From: Aureliella sp.
GTDB lineage: Bacteria > Planctomycetota > Planctomycetia > Pirellulales > Pirellulaceae
NCBI GenBank assembly: GCA_963691875.1
Contig: OY829846.1
Location: 3,776,001 to 3,840,000, forward strand
Length of the DNA stretch: 64,000 nt
Reading direction: 5' to 3'
This document shows positions 40,757 through 50,235 of this stretch, one piece after another. The position numbers and the translations under genes were made by a program. Every line of letters starts with the position of its first letter. Position 1 is the stretch's first letter. The notes under the pieces are model-generated. The model searched no databases. It saw only the letters and a program-made list of their open reading frames with translations, and had not been told where the DNA came from.

Positions 40757-42418
40757 GTGTCTAAGAAAACAATTGCTGCTGCGCTTGTAGCACTTCTTAT
40801 GGGTGGTGTCTATTACGCCAAACCCTGGGTTCAGTGGAACGAGGTTGGGCAAGAACTGCTGTTTTATGAAGTCCGCAATGCAGATCTTCCCATACAGATC
40901 ACGGAGCGAGGCTTCTTAGAAAGTCAGGAGCAGACCTCGATTCGCAGCCAAGTCGACATCTATGACTACCGCAGTGGCTCACGTGGCACCGTCATTCTGT
41001 CGATCGTCCCGAATGGAAGCCTCGTCAAAAAAGGCGACATTCTGGTCGAGCTCGATTCAGCATCGCTGCGCGATCTGCTTGAGTCCGAAACACTTGAGCT
41101 TCAGAGCGACCGTTCGGTTCAAGAGCAAGCCGATGCAAGACGAACAAACCAGCTGACGCAAAACGAGACCTCAACAGCTGAGGCGCAGCTAACTCTCGAC
41201 TTGGCTGAATTAAACCTTGAGATGTACATCGACGAGAAGAGCGGTTCTTTCAAGCTGGCCGAAAGCCAGATTGATCGTCAAATCGATGAAGCTAGGAATG
41301 CAATCTTAGAGGCTGAGGCCGCATTGAAATTGCAGGAAACCGAGAAGGACGGTATCGAGCAACTCTTCCGACTCGGCTACAAAGGCAAAAGTGACTTGGA
41401 GCAGAGTCGCTATGCGTTCATGAAGTCCGAAGCCGCACTCGCCTCGGCAATCAACCAGCTTGAAACTTACGATGCTTCCAAAGAACAACTGAAGTCCTAC
41501 ACCTACCGCATGGAATTGCTCAAACTTCAAGGTGAAGTAGCCACCTCGAAACGAAAACTTAAGCAAGTCGCTGTTACAAATAAGTCAGAGCTGGCTCAAG
41601 TCGAAGCACAATTGTTCGAAGCAAAAGAGCGAGTCGCGCGACAAGAAGCCCGCGTGGCTCAGTACCAGCGAAATGTCAACAACTGCGTCATCCGAGCTCC
41701 GCACGACGGCATGGTGGTTTACGCTCAGGACGAGCGAGGCGGTTCAAGCATTGCCGCTGGAACCGAAGTTCGAAATCGCCAGGAGATTCTGACGCTTCCT
41801 GACTTGTCCAAGATGCAAGTGAAGATTCAGATTCACGAAGCTGTTCTAGACCAAGTGCATCCCGGCTTACCAGTCGATATCCGTGTCGAGGCCTTTGCAA
41901 ACAAGATCTACGAGGGCATCATCCAAGAAGTTGCAGTCGTACCCAGCCCGAGCAAGAGCAGCGTTAAAACTTACGAATGCATCGTCAATATTCCCGCCGA
42001 AGTCTATCGCTTGAAGCCCGGGATGAATGCCGTTGCGGAGATCAATGTAGATCGCGTTCAAGATGTTTTGAGCATTCCGGTTCAATCTGTCGTACAGCAA
42101 GACCGAGAGACTTGGTGCTACATCGAGGGAGATTCTGGTGTCGATCGACGCGAAATTGAACTCGGCAAAAACAACGACAAGTTCGTCGAAATTGTGGCTG
42201 GAATTGAGGTGGGCGAACGCGTGGTGTTGAATCCTTTGACCATCGCGAACCTCGAAGACGCAGGCGGCAAGGACATCGCGCCTGATGCTGATATGCCCAA
42301 CGGAAAAGCCAAGAAAAGCAACGCCGCCGAAAGCGCGAGGACGGTGAGCCGCATGAAGGAGAAGCGCAAGCAAGACGCGTCTGCTCGCACCAAGGGCTCA
42401 GCAACGACTGCTGGGTAG
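40757..42418 (+). CDS. Efflux periplasmic adaptor (MacA-like), second copy
   Basis: N-terminal TM; NGSLVKKGDILVELD, IRAPHDGMVVY, LPDLSKMQV, LKPGMNA. Confidence 0.9.
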   Translation: MSKKTIAAALVALLMGGVYYAKPWVQWNEVGQELLFYEVRNADLPIQITERGFLESQEQTSIRSQVDIYDYRSGSRGTVILSIVPNGSLVKKGDILVELDSASLRDLLESETLELQSDRSVQEQADARRTNQLTQNETSTAEAQLTLDLAELNLEMYIDEKSGSFKLAESQIDRQIDEARNAILEAEAALKLQETEKDGIEQLFRLGYKGKSDLEQSRYAFMKSEAALASAINQLETYDASKEQLKSYTYRMELLKLQGEVATSKRKLKQVAVTNKSELAQVEAQLFEAKERVARQEARVAQYQRNVNNCVIRAPHDGMVVYAQDERGGSSIAAGTEVRNRQEILTLPDLSKMQVKIQIHEAVLDQVHPGLPVDIRVEAFANKIYEGIIQEVAVVPSPSKSSVKTYECIVNIPAEVYRLKPGMNAVAEINVDRVQDVLSIPVQSVVQQDRETWCYIEGDSGVDRREIELGKNNDKFVEIVAGIEVGERVVLNPLTIANLEDAGGKDIAPDADMPNGKAKKSNAAESARTVSRMKEKRKQDASARTKGSATTAG

Positions 42419-42539
42419 GATGTGGGGATGGGTAGCCTTTCCCAAAACCTGCTTAATACGTTGCCACCTACAGGGAGCAACGAAGACCACAGACAAGATG
42501 CCTATGCCAATTAATTATTGACGGCTAAGCGAGAACCTC

Positions 42540-43814
42540 ATGGCGTTTGAGATCTTCAAGACCGGAATGAAAAACTTGCTGCTGCACAAGCTGCGAAGTC
42601 TATTGACGCTGCTTGGTGTCATTCTGGGCGTTGGCTCCGTGATCGCCATGCTTGCTGTCGGCGAGGGTTCGAAGAAAGAAGCTCTAGAGCGGATTCGAAA
42701 TCTCGGTGCGAACAACGTTATCATTCGGAGCATGCGGCCCACACTCTCGGACTCTGCTGACTCGGGCGCAAAAGCAAACGCGATCAACGCTTATGATGCC
42801 TATGGACTCAACTACGATGACCTAGATCGGCTGGAATCTACTCTGCCAACCATCGAGCGAGCGGTGCCTGTTGCCCTCGCGAACTACGATATCTCCCGCC
42901 AGGAACGACGGATCCCCAGCGGACGTGTTTTGGGAACACAGCCACAATTGCTGGACATCAAGAAACTCGGAGTGCAGCGCGGCCGCTTTCTCACGTCAGT
43001 GGACATCGAGCGAGCTTGGAACGTCGCGGTACTTGCTAACGGAGCAGCCAAGCAGCTCTTTCAGTTTGAAGACCCGATCGATCAACACATCTTGGTCGGT
43101 CCCGACGTTTATCGTGTCGTGGGAGTCATGGCTCCTCAGTCCAGCGGAAATGCCACGCCAGGCGCCGTGGGACAGAAGGACCTGAACAAGGATGTATATA
43201 TACCGCTCTCATGTGTCCAAAGGCGGCTCGGCGATGGAACGGTCGGCTTAAGCAAATCCCGTCAAGCAGAGCTAAACGAAATTACGCTCAAAGTAGTGGA
43301 GGAACGCTACGTCAGCCAAACCGCTGAGATGGCTCGACGACTCTTGATGCGAACACATCCTGAAGGCAAAGATTTTTCGGTTCAAGTTCCGCTAGAGTTG
43401 CTCGCTCAGGCAAACGAAGAGAAACGCATGTGGAACATGGTCTTGGGTTCCATAGCCGGGATTTCCCTACTTGTAGGCGGCATTGGAATCATGAACATCA
43501 TGTTGGCCAGTGTGACGGAGCGGACCAAAGAGATCGGTATTCGACGCGCCTTGGGCGCTACTAAACGAGCCATCTCAATTCAGTTCTTGGCCGAGACAGT
43601 CATCCTCAGTTCGACGGGCGGCTTGCTGGGCGTAGCACTTGGAGTCTCGATTCCGAATCTGGTCAGCTGGCTCACGGACCTCGACACAGTCATCAGCCTT
43701 TGGTCGGTCCTGCTTTCCTTTGGGATTTCGGTTGGCATCGGCATCATCTTCGGCTGGTATCCCGCCTCCCGCGCCGCCTCCATGAACCCTATTACCGCAC
43801 TGCGGCACGAATAG
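42540..43814 (+). CDS. MacB/FtsX-type ABC permease, second copy
   Basis: RSLLTLLGVILGV, GGIGIMNIMLASVTERTKEIGIRRALGA, PITALRHE. Confidence 0.95.
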   Translation: MAFEIFKTGMKNLLLHKLRSLLTLLGVILGVGSVIAMLAVGEGSKKEALERIRNLGANNVIIRSMRPTLSDSADSGAKANAINAYDAYGLNYDDLDRLESTLPTIERAVPVALANYDISRQERRIPSGRVLGTQPQLLDIKKLGVQRGRFLTSVDIERAWNVAVLANGAAKQLFQFEDPIDQHILVGPDVYRVVGVMAPQSSGNATPGAVGQKDLNKDVYIPLSCVQRRLGDGTVGLSKSRQAELNEITLKVVEERYVSQTAEMARRLLMRTHPEGKDFSVQVPLELLAQANEEKRMWNMVLGSIAGISLLVGGIGIMNIMLASVTERTKEIGIRRALGATKRAISIQFLAETVILSSTGGLLGVALGVSIPNLVSWLTDLDTVISLWSVLLSFGISVGIGIIFGWYPASRAASMNPITALRHE

Positions 43815-43834
43815 GCTCGTGATCACGCTGGCGG

Positions 43835-43863
43835 TTGACATCCGTTATAACTTGCGATAACGT
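43835..43863 (+). promoter_or_regulatory. Putative sigma70-type promoter for the PEP-CTERM gene
   Basis: TTGACA, 17-bp spacer, TAACGT; the spacer contains the palindrome GTTATAAC. Confidence 0.45.
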
Positions 43864-43947
43864 GCCATACATCCGAAATGCCGCTTCAAAAAGCTCGACG
43901 TCTAGACTAGACTTCGACCCTTACGCGATGTTCTACCACGCCAAAGA

Positions 43948-44612
43948 GTGATCATGTTTCGGATTTTAATCTTTGTTGCATTTGTGTTGTGCGGCTCAAA
44001 TGTCTCTGTGGGTGGCATCATTCGGTCAGATTTGACCTTCGAGTTCGACGGGGATCTGACCAACGCCCCATTCGGTACGATTACTATTACGGAGAATACA
44101 ACGACTGACGCGCTAGATTTCAAGATCGACATCGACACTAGCAAGTTGGGGCCCAACGCAGACATACATCAACTTGGCTTCCAGATTGGTGGTTTTTCAG
44201 GGCAGGCGAACGAGATCACACATTCTGGTGATGGAAACCTAGTTATAGGACCAAATCAGGCTACGAAAGTTGCAGGAGTTGGAAATGTTCAGTTTGGCTA
44301 CCTAGTTGACTTTGGTCCTGGACAGCCAATCTTAAACCCAGCTTTTTTTAGCCTCAGAGTTCGAACACTCTTCATGATCTGACGCTGGCGAATTTTTCTA
44401 CTGCGGATGTCCTAACAAAGGGTAGCAACATTTTCCACTTTGCAGTTCACGTTCAGTCCACCTCGCCGGACAATCCCGGCTCCGAAGCACTTGGCGGTCT
44501 ATGGAGTACGCAGACTGATGAGAACAATGGAATCGTGCCAGAACCAGCCTCTTGCGCAATATGGCTTGGGCTCTTGTCAGTGATGGCTCGAACCCGTAGG
44601 AGAGTCACCTAA
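43948..44612 (+). pseudogene. Frameshifted PEP-CTERM exosortase substrate
   Basis: Signal-peptide ORF stops at 44382; the -1 frame from 44352 reads ...HFAVHVQST...GIVPEPASCAIWLGLLSVMARTRRRVT* (stop 44610-44612). Confidence 0.85.
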
Positions 44613-44709
44613 GCGAGTTGCCAATTGGCCCAATACCTCAGTAGAGTTACGATTGGCTTGCTAATCTGCATTCCGAACAACGATTTGGTGATTGCCATGG
44701 CACGACGAT

Positions 44710-45430
44710 TCACATAACGTCGGCGTAGACCACTCGAATGCAACATGTGTCGAATAGGAACAGCACGAAAATAATAGAGTAGACAGTAAAGTTAGTGCTG
44801 GCTTTCTCTTGTTCATATAGCGACTCCAAGAAGATCCAGACGGCCGGTGAACCGCTCAACCTACCCAGCGGTAGCAGATTCAAGCAGCCGTTGGGAACTG
44901 CAATGAGCCCGATATACGTCAGCCACAACGAAAGCGAATTGGCTCCTGCCGCTCCCCCATCACCATCCAGCCACAGAATCCACGCCTACCATCGAGTGGT
45001 TGGAAGAGAAAAACTTTGAGCAAACTGTAGTCCTGCACTTGAGCACAGTCGCCGATTGCCGGACCACGAAGTGGCATCTTAAAAAGCTACTAAACCGATT
45101 ATTGCACTTCGCGATAGCAAATCGTCCTTTTCCGGTGCATACTTTAGCTGAACAGACTCTTGGATTATCGGAAGCATAAGCAGGATGATTTCCAGCAGGA
45201 TATGCGGCAAGGGCCTAATGAATATCACCCCAAGTATGTGGATCTTCGCCGCTGCCTTAAAACTATCTTGAGGCAATTCTGCTTCCAGCTCGACTGACTA
45301 CTGTCCGTGGAAAACTCTCCGCCTGCAGCACTCTCGTCTCCTGCATTCTTGAACTTGACGTAGCCGCCTACAGGCAACATCCGGCGTGCCACTCCATTAG
45401 CGGCCTCGCCTCTGTATACACACTCCAATG
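44710..45430 (-). pseudogene. Degraded site-2 protease (RseP/M50-like) remnant
   Basis: Fragments in M50 order: LPVGGYVKF, DSFKAA...RPLPHILL (GPxxN-like), LTYIGLIAVPNGCLNLLPLGRLSG (NLLPxxxLDG-like); frameshift and stops; no HExxH seen. Confidence 0.65.
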
Positions 45431-46082
45431 CACGCGTGTACGTAAGGCTCCGGGAGAAGTGGGTTACATCAGTTCGTCGCTCCCTTCGCCAACAGCCTGG
45501 TACCCCGCTCGACAGCAGGATTGTTCTCGCTGTTGGTGTCTTGTAAGAATACGCTTGTTGCGGCGAGAAGGTGAGGCCGCCAAGTAGGACTCACTCGGCG
45601 GCATTCCTCGAACATCGCAATCGGGTACTTCACCGCATCAGCGTCGATCGATAAACGGCCATCCATGCTGTGTCGCGCGCGGCGCGCGGCCGAACTGAAA
45701 CTGCAGATCAATGCCGTTAACATGGGAGCAGGTTTCGTGCCACAGTACAAATGCTGCATGGGAGTAAACAGTTCGAACCTGGAGCTTAGGAACCGCGACT
45801 ACCGCTTTCTCTGGGAACGACTTCTCCTTGGATGACATCACTTTTGATTCGACCAGCACGCCAGCCGTACCTGAGCCGTCAACTTGCTGCATTGTGCAGG
45901 GCTTGCATTAGTCGCCGCTAGTATGCGAAGAAGGAAGAACAGCTAGGCCAACACTGCGGTCATTCATCTCATTCGAATCCTCAACGATTTCACAGGCCAG
46001 AGCTGTTTGCGCATTTGTGCTCTTGACCTGCTAAACTGAGGGAAACGGATAAGATTGACTACTCGAACGCAGGCGCGCATCG

Positions 46083-47777
46083 GTGATTTCAAATGCAAGA
46101 GGCGGCATCGCCACATACTGCTCGAAGCTTTGCTTGCTGGTCTGCTTGCCGATAGCTGTTCTACTGTCACGTGAAGCAGTCGCGGGCGAGCGTCACAACA
46201 TTCTCTTCATCGCGATCGATGATCTAAATGACTGGGTGGGGTGCCTTGAAGGGCATCCGCAGATCAAAACGCCGAACATCGATGCACTTGCCGCGAGAGG
46301 AGTGCTATTCACAGACGCTCACTGTGCTGCTCCGATCTGTGGCCCGTCGCGTGCCGCCATCATGTCGGGCAAGAGACCTTGGACGACGGAGATTTATTCG
46401 AATAACGCGAACTATCCAAAGCTATTACCCAACACGGAGTCGATGCCCGAGTTCTTGGTGCGGCACGGCTACCATACCATGGGCGCTGGAAAGTTGTTCC
46501 ATGGAGACACCAGCTTTCCCCAGGGTGCCTTTCATGAATACGCCAAGAGTGCTCCGAAACCGTGGCCGAAAGAAGCAATCCTGAGCTCTAGGCAAACACC
46601 GACTTACGAATGGAAAGTCGGTGACAAGATCATCACTTTTCCTCGCAATGGAATGCCAGCCGATCGCTCCTGGAAAGACACCCATACTTTTGACTGGGGA
46701 CCGCTCGATATCCCCGACGAAGAGTTTCGCGATGCAGCAGTTGTAAAATGGTGCGGTGAGCGGCTAACGAAGAGCTATAAAAAGCCATTCTTTCTCGGCG
46801 TCGGAATTCACTTGCCGCACCAACCGCTGTATGCCCCCAAGCGTTTTCACGACATGTACCTGCCCAATACTACGGTCTTGCCCCCGCATTTGAAGAATGA
46901 CTTGTCAGATCTTTCGGAGGCCGGTCGAGACTATGCCTTGATTCCAACGACTTCTGGAACGCACGCGACGGTCGTCAAGTATGGCGAGTGGCGGAATGCG
47001 GTTTCCAGTTACATGGCCACGGTGACTTTTGTCGATCATTTACTCGGTGGCCTGCTAAAAGACCTCAAAAAAAGTGAGCACGCGGAAAACACCTGGATCG
47101 TTCTTTGGTCAGACCACGGATGGCATCTAGGCGAAAAAGAACATTGGGGAAAAGCAACCGGTTGGTTCCGCGCGACACGCGTTCCATTGTTGATCGTACC
47201 TCCACGTTCAGCTCAGCCAGTTGGTTTCGAAGCTGGAAGCAAATGTGATCATCCGGTGAACCTGCTGGATCTTTTCCCTACGGTGGCGGAGATGGCTGGC
47301 GGGAAACCAAGCGATGGATTGGAAGGCACAAGTTTACTTCCGCTGGTTCAGGACCCGAGTTCTAAGTGGGCCGATCATACGGTGACTACCTTTGGGCGAG
47401 GCAATCACGCGATCACAACCAAGCGTTGGCGATACATTCAGTACTTCGACGGAAGTGCGGAACTCTACGATCGCTCATTAGACCCGAACGAATGGGAGAA
47501 CCGAATCAATGACTCTGAGCTCCAAGGAATCGTAGCCGAGCTAGAATCCCGAGTTCCGGAAGAAGCGCGCTGGAAGCACTTCATCCGCTACGATTGTTTC
47601 AAAGCCGTAATACCAGCAGATGGCAGTTCCATGCTCCTGTTCAATCACGCAGTGGAGAACCACTTGGAAGAACGCACGGACGAATCGAAACAGTATCCCA
47701 AAGTGGTGGAGCGCATCCAAGCTTGGATGAAAGAGAATCCTACAACTCGAAAACGAATTGTGATCCCCACCCCGTAG
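46083..47777 (+). CDS. Secreted sulfatase (iduronate/choline-sulfatase-like subfamily)
   Basis: NILFIAIDDLNDW, CGPSRAAIMSG, GKLFH, HLPH, WSDHGWHLGEKEHWGK. Confidence 0.92.
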   Translation: MISNARGGIATYCSKLCLLVCLPIAVLLSREAVAGERHNILFIAIDDLNDWVGCLEGHPQIKTPNIDALAARGVLFTDAHCAAPICGPSRAAIMSGKRPWTTEIYSNNANYPKLLPNTESMPEFLVRHGYHTMGAGKLFHGDTSFPQGAFHEYAKSAPKPWPKEAILSSRQTPTYEWKVGDKIITFPRNGMPADRSWKDTHTFDWGPLDIPDEEFRDAAVVKWCGERLTKSYKKPFFLGVGIHLPHQPLYAPKRFHDMYLPNTTVLPPHLKNDLSDLSEAGRDYALIPTTSGTHATVVKYGEWRNAVSSYMATVTFVDHLLGGLLKDLKKSEHAENTWIVLWSDHGWHLGEKEHWGKATGWFRATRVPLLIVPPRSAQPVGFEAGSKCDHPVNLLDLFPTVAEMAGGKPSDGLEGTSLLPLVQDPSSKWADHTVTTFGRGNHAITTKRWRYIQYFDGSAELYDRSLDPNEWENRINDSELQGIVAELESRVPEEARWKHFIRYDCFKAVIPADGSSMLLFNHAVENHLEERTDESKQYPKVVERIQAWMKENPTTRKRIVIPTP

Positions 47778-47918
47778 CGGATGAGGTCACGAATCTGGGA
47801 GCGTAGCGACTCAGTCGCACTACATTTGGATAAGCTAAAAGCTTTTCCCGAGATTATTGGACCATATTTCGTAAGACGCCTGGCCGCTCGTGCTGGCCCC
47901 TCGAACCCATAGATCGAT

Positions 47919-48914
47919 ATGCAAACCTCGTCTCCATTAAAGCTCGTCGCGTTCTTGTTTGTTCTCTCACAACCGCTAGCGCCGAAAGCTTATTGTCAAT
48001 CCAATACTCATAAGCTCAGCTTCAGCGAAACCCCCGAAACCATGGAAGTGCTCCGCGGTGAACAAGTCGTCTTGACCTACAACAAAAAGTCGCCGCCCGT
48101 TCCGACAGGCATCGATGCGATCTATCACCGAAGTGGTTGCCTGCACCCAGTGATGACGCCGAATGGCAGAGTAATCACTGACATGTTCCCCAAGGATCAC
48201 CCTCATCAGCACGGAATTTTCACCGCATGGGTAAAAACTACTTACGCGAAACGCGAAATCGACTTTTGGAATCTTGCCAAAGGCACCGGACGCGTCTTGC
48301 ACGAGCGGGTCGTTTCGGAGAATCAAACGGATTACGCAAGCGAGTTCGAAGTGGAGTTGATTCACCGCGCTGAGCAGGAACCTCAGATCGACATACTGAA
48401 AGAGAACTGGAAGATCACCGTCTATCAGACAGACAACGATTACAATTGTTTTGACCTGAAGTTGAAGCAAGCGGCACTCACCGACACTCCACTGGTCATC
48501 AAACAGAATCGCTACGGAGGTTTTGCTCTTCGCGCTCGATCGGAATGGTTGACTACAAATGACAAGGACGCGCCGGGGAAGGGCTCACGAGAGCCAGTTT
48601 CTTTTCTCAATGATCTCGGATCGAACCGCATCGAAGGCAATCACCAGAAGTCGAAATGGGTTGCACTCACCGGCAATATCGACGGCCAACCCGCCACGAT
48701 TGCCGTGCTTTCCCATCCCAGAAATTTTCGCGCTCCACAAACCGTTCGTTTGCATCCCACCAAGCCCTACTTTGCCTATTCCCCCTGCGTTGACGGCAAG
48801 TTCACCATCGACAAGCAGCATCCTTACTTCGCGCTGTACCGCATTCTCGTCACTGACGCAGCTCCGGATTCCAAGTGGCTCGACGAGCAGTGGGAATCTT
48901 GGACGGAAGAATGA
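47919..48914 (+). CDS. Secreted DUF6807 (PmoA-like) family protein
   Basis: Signal peptide; LHPVMTPNG, DHPHQHGIF, DFWN, YGGF, HPRNFRAPQ. Confidence 0.7.
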   Translation: MQTSSPLKLVAFLFVLSQPLAPKAYCQSNTHKLSFSETPETMEVLRGEQVVLTYNKKSPPVPTGIDAIYHRSGCLHPVMTPNGRVITDMFPKDHPHQHGIFTAWVKTTYAKREIDFWNLAKGTGRVLHERVVSENQTDYASEFEVELIHRAEQEPQIDILKENWKITVYQTDNDYNCFDLKLKQAALTDTPLVIKQNRYGGFALRARSEWLTTNDKDAPGKGSREPVSFLNDLGSNRIEGNHQKSKWVALTGNIDGQPATIAVLSHPRNFRAPQTVRLHPTKPYFAYSPCVDGKFTIDKQHPYFALYRILVTDAAPDSKWLDEQWESWTEE

Positions 48915-48987
48915 TGAGAGTGAGACGCATTTATCACTTGCTTTTAGGCCAACTGAGTCGTACCGTAGACTAGTCGAACTAATTTTG

Positions 48988-49473
48988 ATGGGAATAGACC
49001 CTTTGAATCGCAGGAAATTTTTTAGGCTTTGTCGAGCAGCTAAGGTAGCAATGGTGCTACTGCTGGCAGTAGTCCCGAATTTTTTCCTGGAATCATGTTG
49101 TTGCGGCGCACAAGTTATTTGCCTCTGCAAAGCAGCAGTTTCCGTCTCGGGAGCTACCTGCGGTGACGAATCTTGTTGCCAAGCCGCGTCTTGTTGTGGC
49201 GTTCGAAGCTGTAGCGATTCACAGACTTTAAATTCGTCAAATGCTAAAGACGACGAAGACGCCTCCGATGAAGGATGCGAAAACTGCCAAGACAGCGGGC
49301 TTCGCGTTGAGCCCTACGACCCACAAATTCTTCCGGTTCAAGTCGCTCTTGGCCAAGAACCCCTCTTTGCCTTCCTCCAGTCCCGTGCTGACCCATCGAT
49401 TGACCGCCGATCGAACGTTCTGCCACAGGCAAGTCAGCAGCCGCAAGCGATGCTAGGAGTTTGGATCGAATAG
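48988..49473 (+). CDS. Cys-rich hypothetical exported/membrane-anchored protein
   Basis: Basic then hydrophobic N-terminus; 14 Cys (CCC, CC, CC, CxxC); ends QAMLGVWIE. Start 48988 or 49003. Confidence 0.65.
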   Translation: MGIDPLNRRKFFRLCRAAKVAMVLLLAVVPNFFLESCCCGAQVICLCKAAVSVSGATCGDESCCQAASCCGVRSCSDSQTLNSSNAKDDEDASDEGCENCQDSGLRVEPYDPQILPVQVALGQEPLFAFLQSRADPSIDRRSNVLPQASQQPQAMLGVWIE

Positions 49474-49540
49474 CGATCTATTTGTTTCGCTCTAATTTTC
49501 AAGATTCGATTCAAACTTATTTCTGTTCTGGAGAGACGTA

Positions 49541-49891
49541 ATGTCCAAGTTTATTTCTATGTTTGCGCTATGCGCTCTGTTTGTTGGAATGGTTGGCTGC
49601 CAGGAAATACCTGAGCAGACCGCCGAGAGCAACGACCCTGCTGCGACTGAAACTGCCGCAACCTGCTCGGGCGATTGCTGCAAAGAAGAATGCTGTGGTG
49701 CCGAGTGCTGTAAAGACGGATGCTGCAAAGCTGAAACCGAAACCGCCACGACTTGCAGTGGAGACTGCTGCAAGGAGAAGTGCTGTGGGGCTGACTGCTG
49801 CAAAGACGGTTGCTGTGCGAAAGGCGATAAGGAGGCTTGCTGCAGCGACGGTACTTGCGAGAAGTGCACCGCCGCAGCGGGAGACAAGTAG
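49541..49891 (+). CDS. Cys-rich metallothionein-like lipoprotein
   Basis: GGAGAG RBS; lipobox-like MVGC; 24 Cys in 116 aa; duplicated 27-aa unit. Confidence 0.8.
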   Translation: MSKFISMFALCALFVGMVGCQEIPEQTAESNDPAATETAATCSGDCCKEECCGAECCKDGCCKAETETATTCSGDCCKEKCCGADCCKDGCCAKGDKEACCSDGTCEKCTAAAGDK

Positions 49892-49941
49892 CATCTAACT
49901 TGGAGTTTTTGGCTCCAGATACCGTTAGAAACTAAGAAACT

Positions 49942-49978
49942 AGCGATCGAAGAACTATCTTTGGTCGCTCATTTTTTT
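49942..49978 (+). terminator. Putative intrinsic terminator
   Basis: Stem AGCGATCGAAGA / TCTTTGGTCGCT (two G-U pairs), loop ACTA, then a T7 run. Confidence 0.6.
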
Positions 49979-50235
49979 CATTTCCATGACAGATCATTGA
50001 CGGCCTGAATCGTCACGGCCAGTCGATTGGCTGCCTGGGGTTGTGCGCCCCCGGTCATTTGCATTAGCCTTCCATGCAGTGGGTTTCGGCGACCGGCAGA
50101 AGGGCTCCTACCAATAAAAAGTGGATTCGCTCAAGTGAATGCTGCCTAAGAACGAGCTTGAACCGGTAGATTCTGACTCGCCTTCCGCCGTTCAGCCTCC
50201 AGCCCGCACAAAGTCTGTTCCTCGAATGATCTCAG

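Noticed and set aside
44343..44349. T7 run as the cause of the PEP-CTERM frameshift (phase variation)
   Set aside because: T8 creates an immediate TAG and T6 leads to a TGA in the wrong frame; the lesion lies downstream of the run.
47919..48914. Methane monooxygenase reading of the PmoA-like label
   Set aside because: Soluble secreted protein with no TM bundle and no pmoB/pmoC nearby.
48559..48987. N-terminal 143 aa of the 304-aa ORF
   Set aside because: Mostly an alternative frame of the DUF6807 gene; the plausible start is 48988 or 49003.
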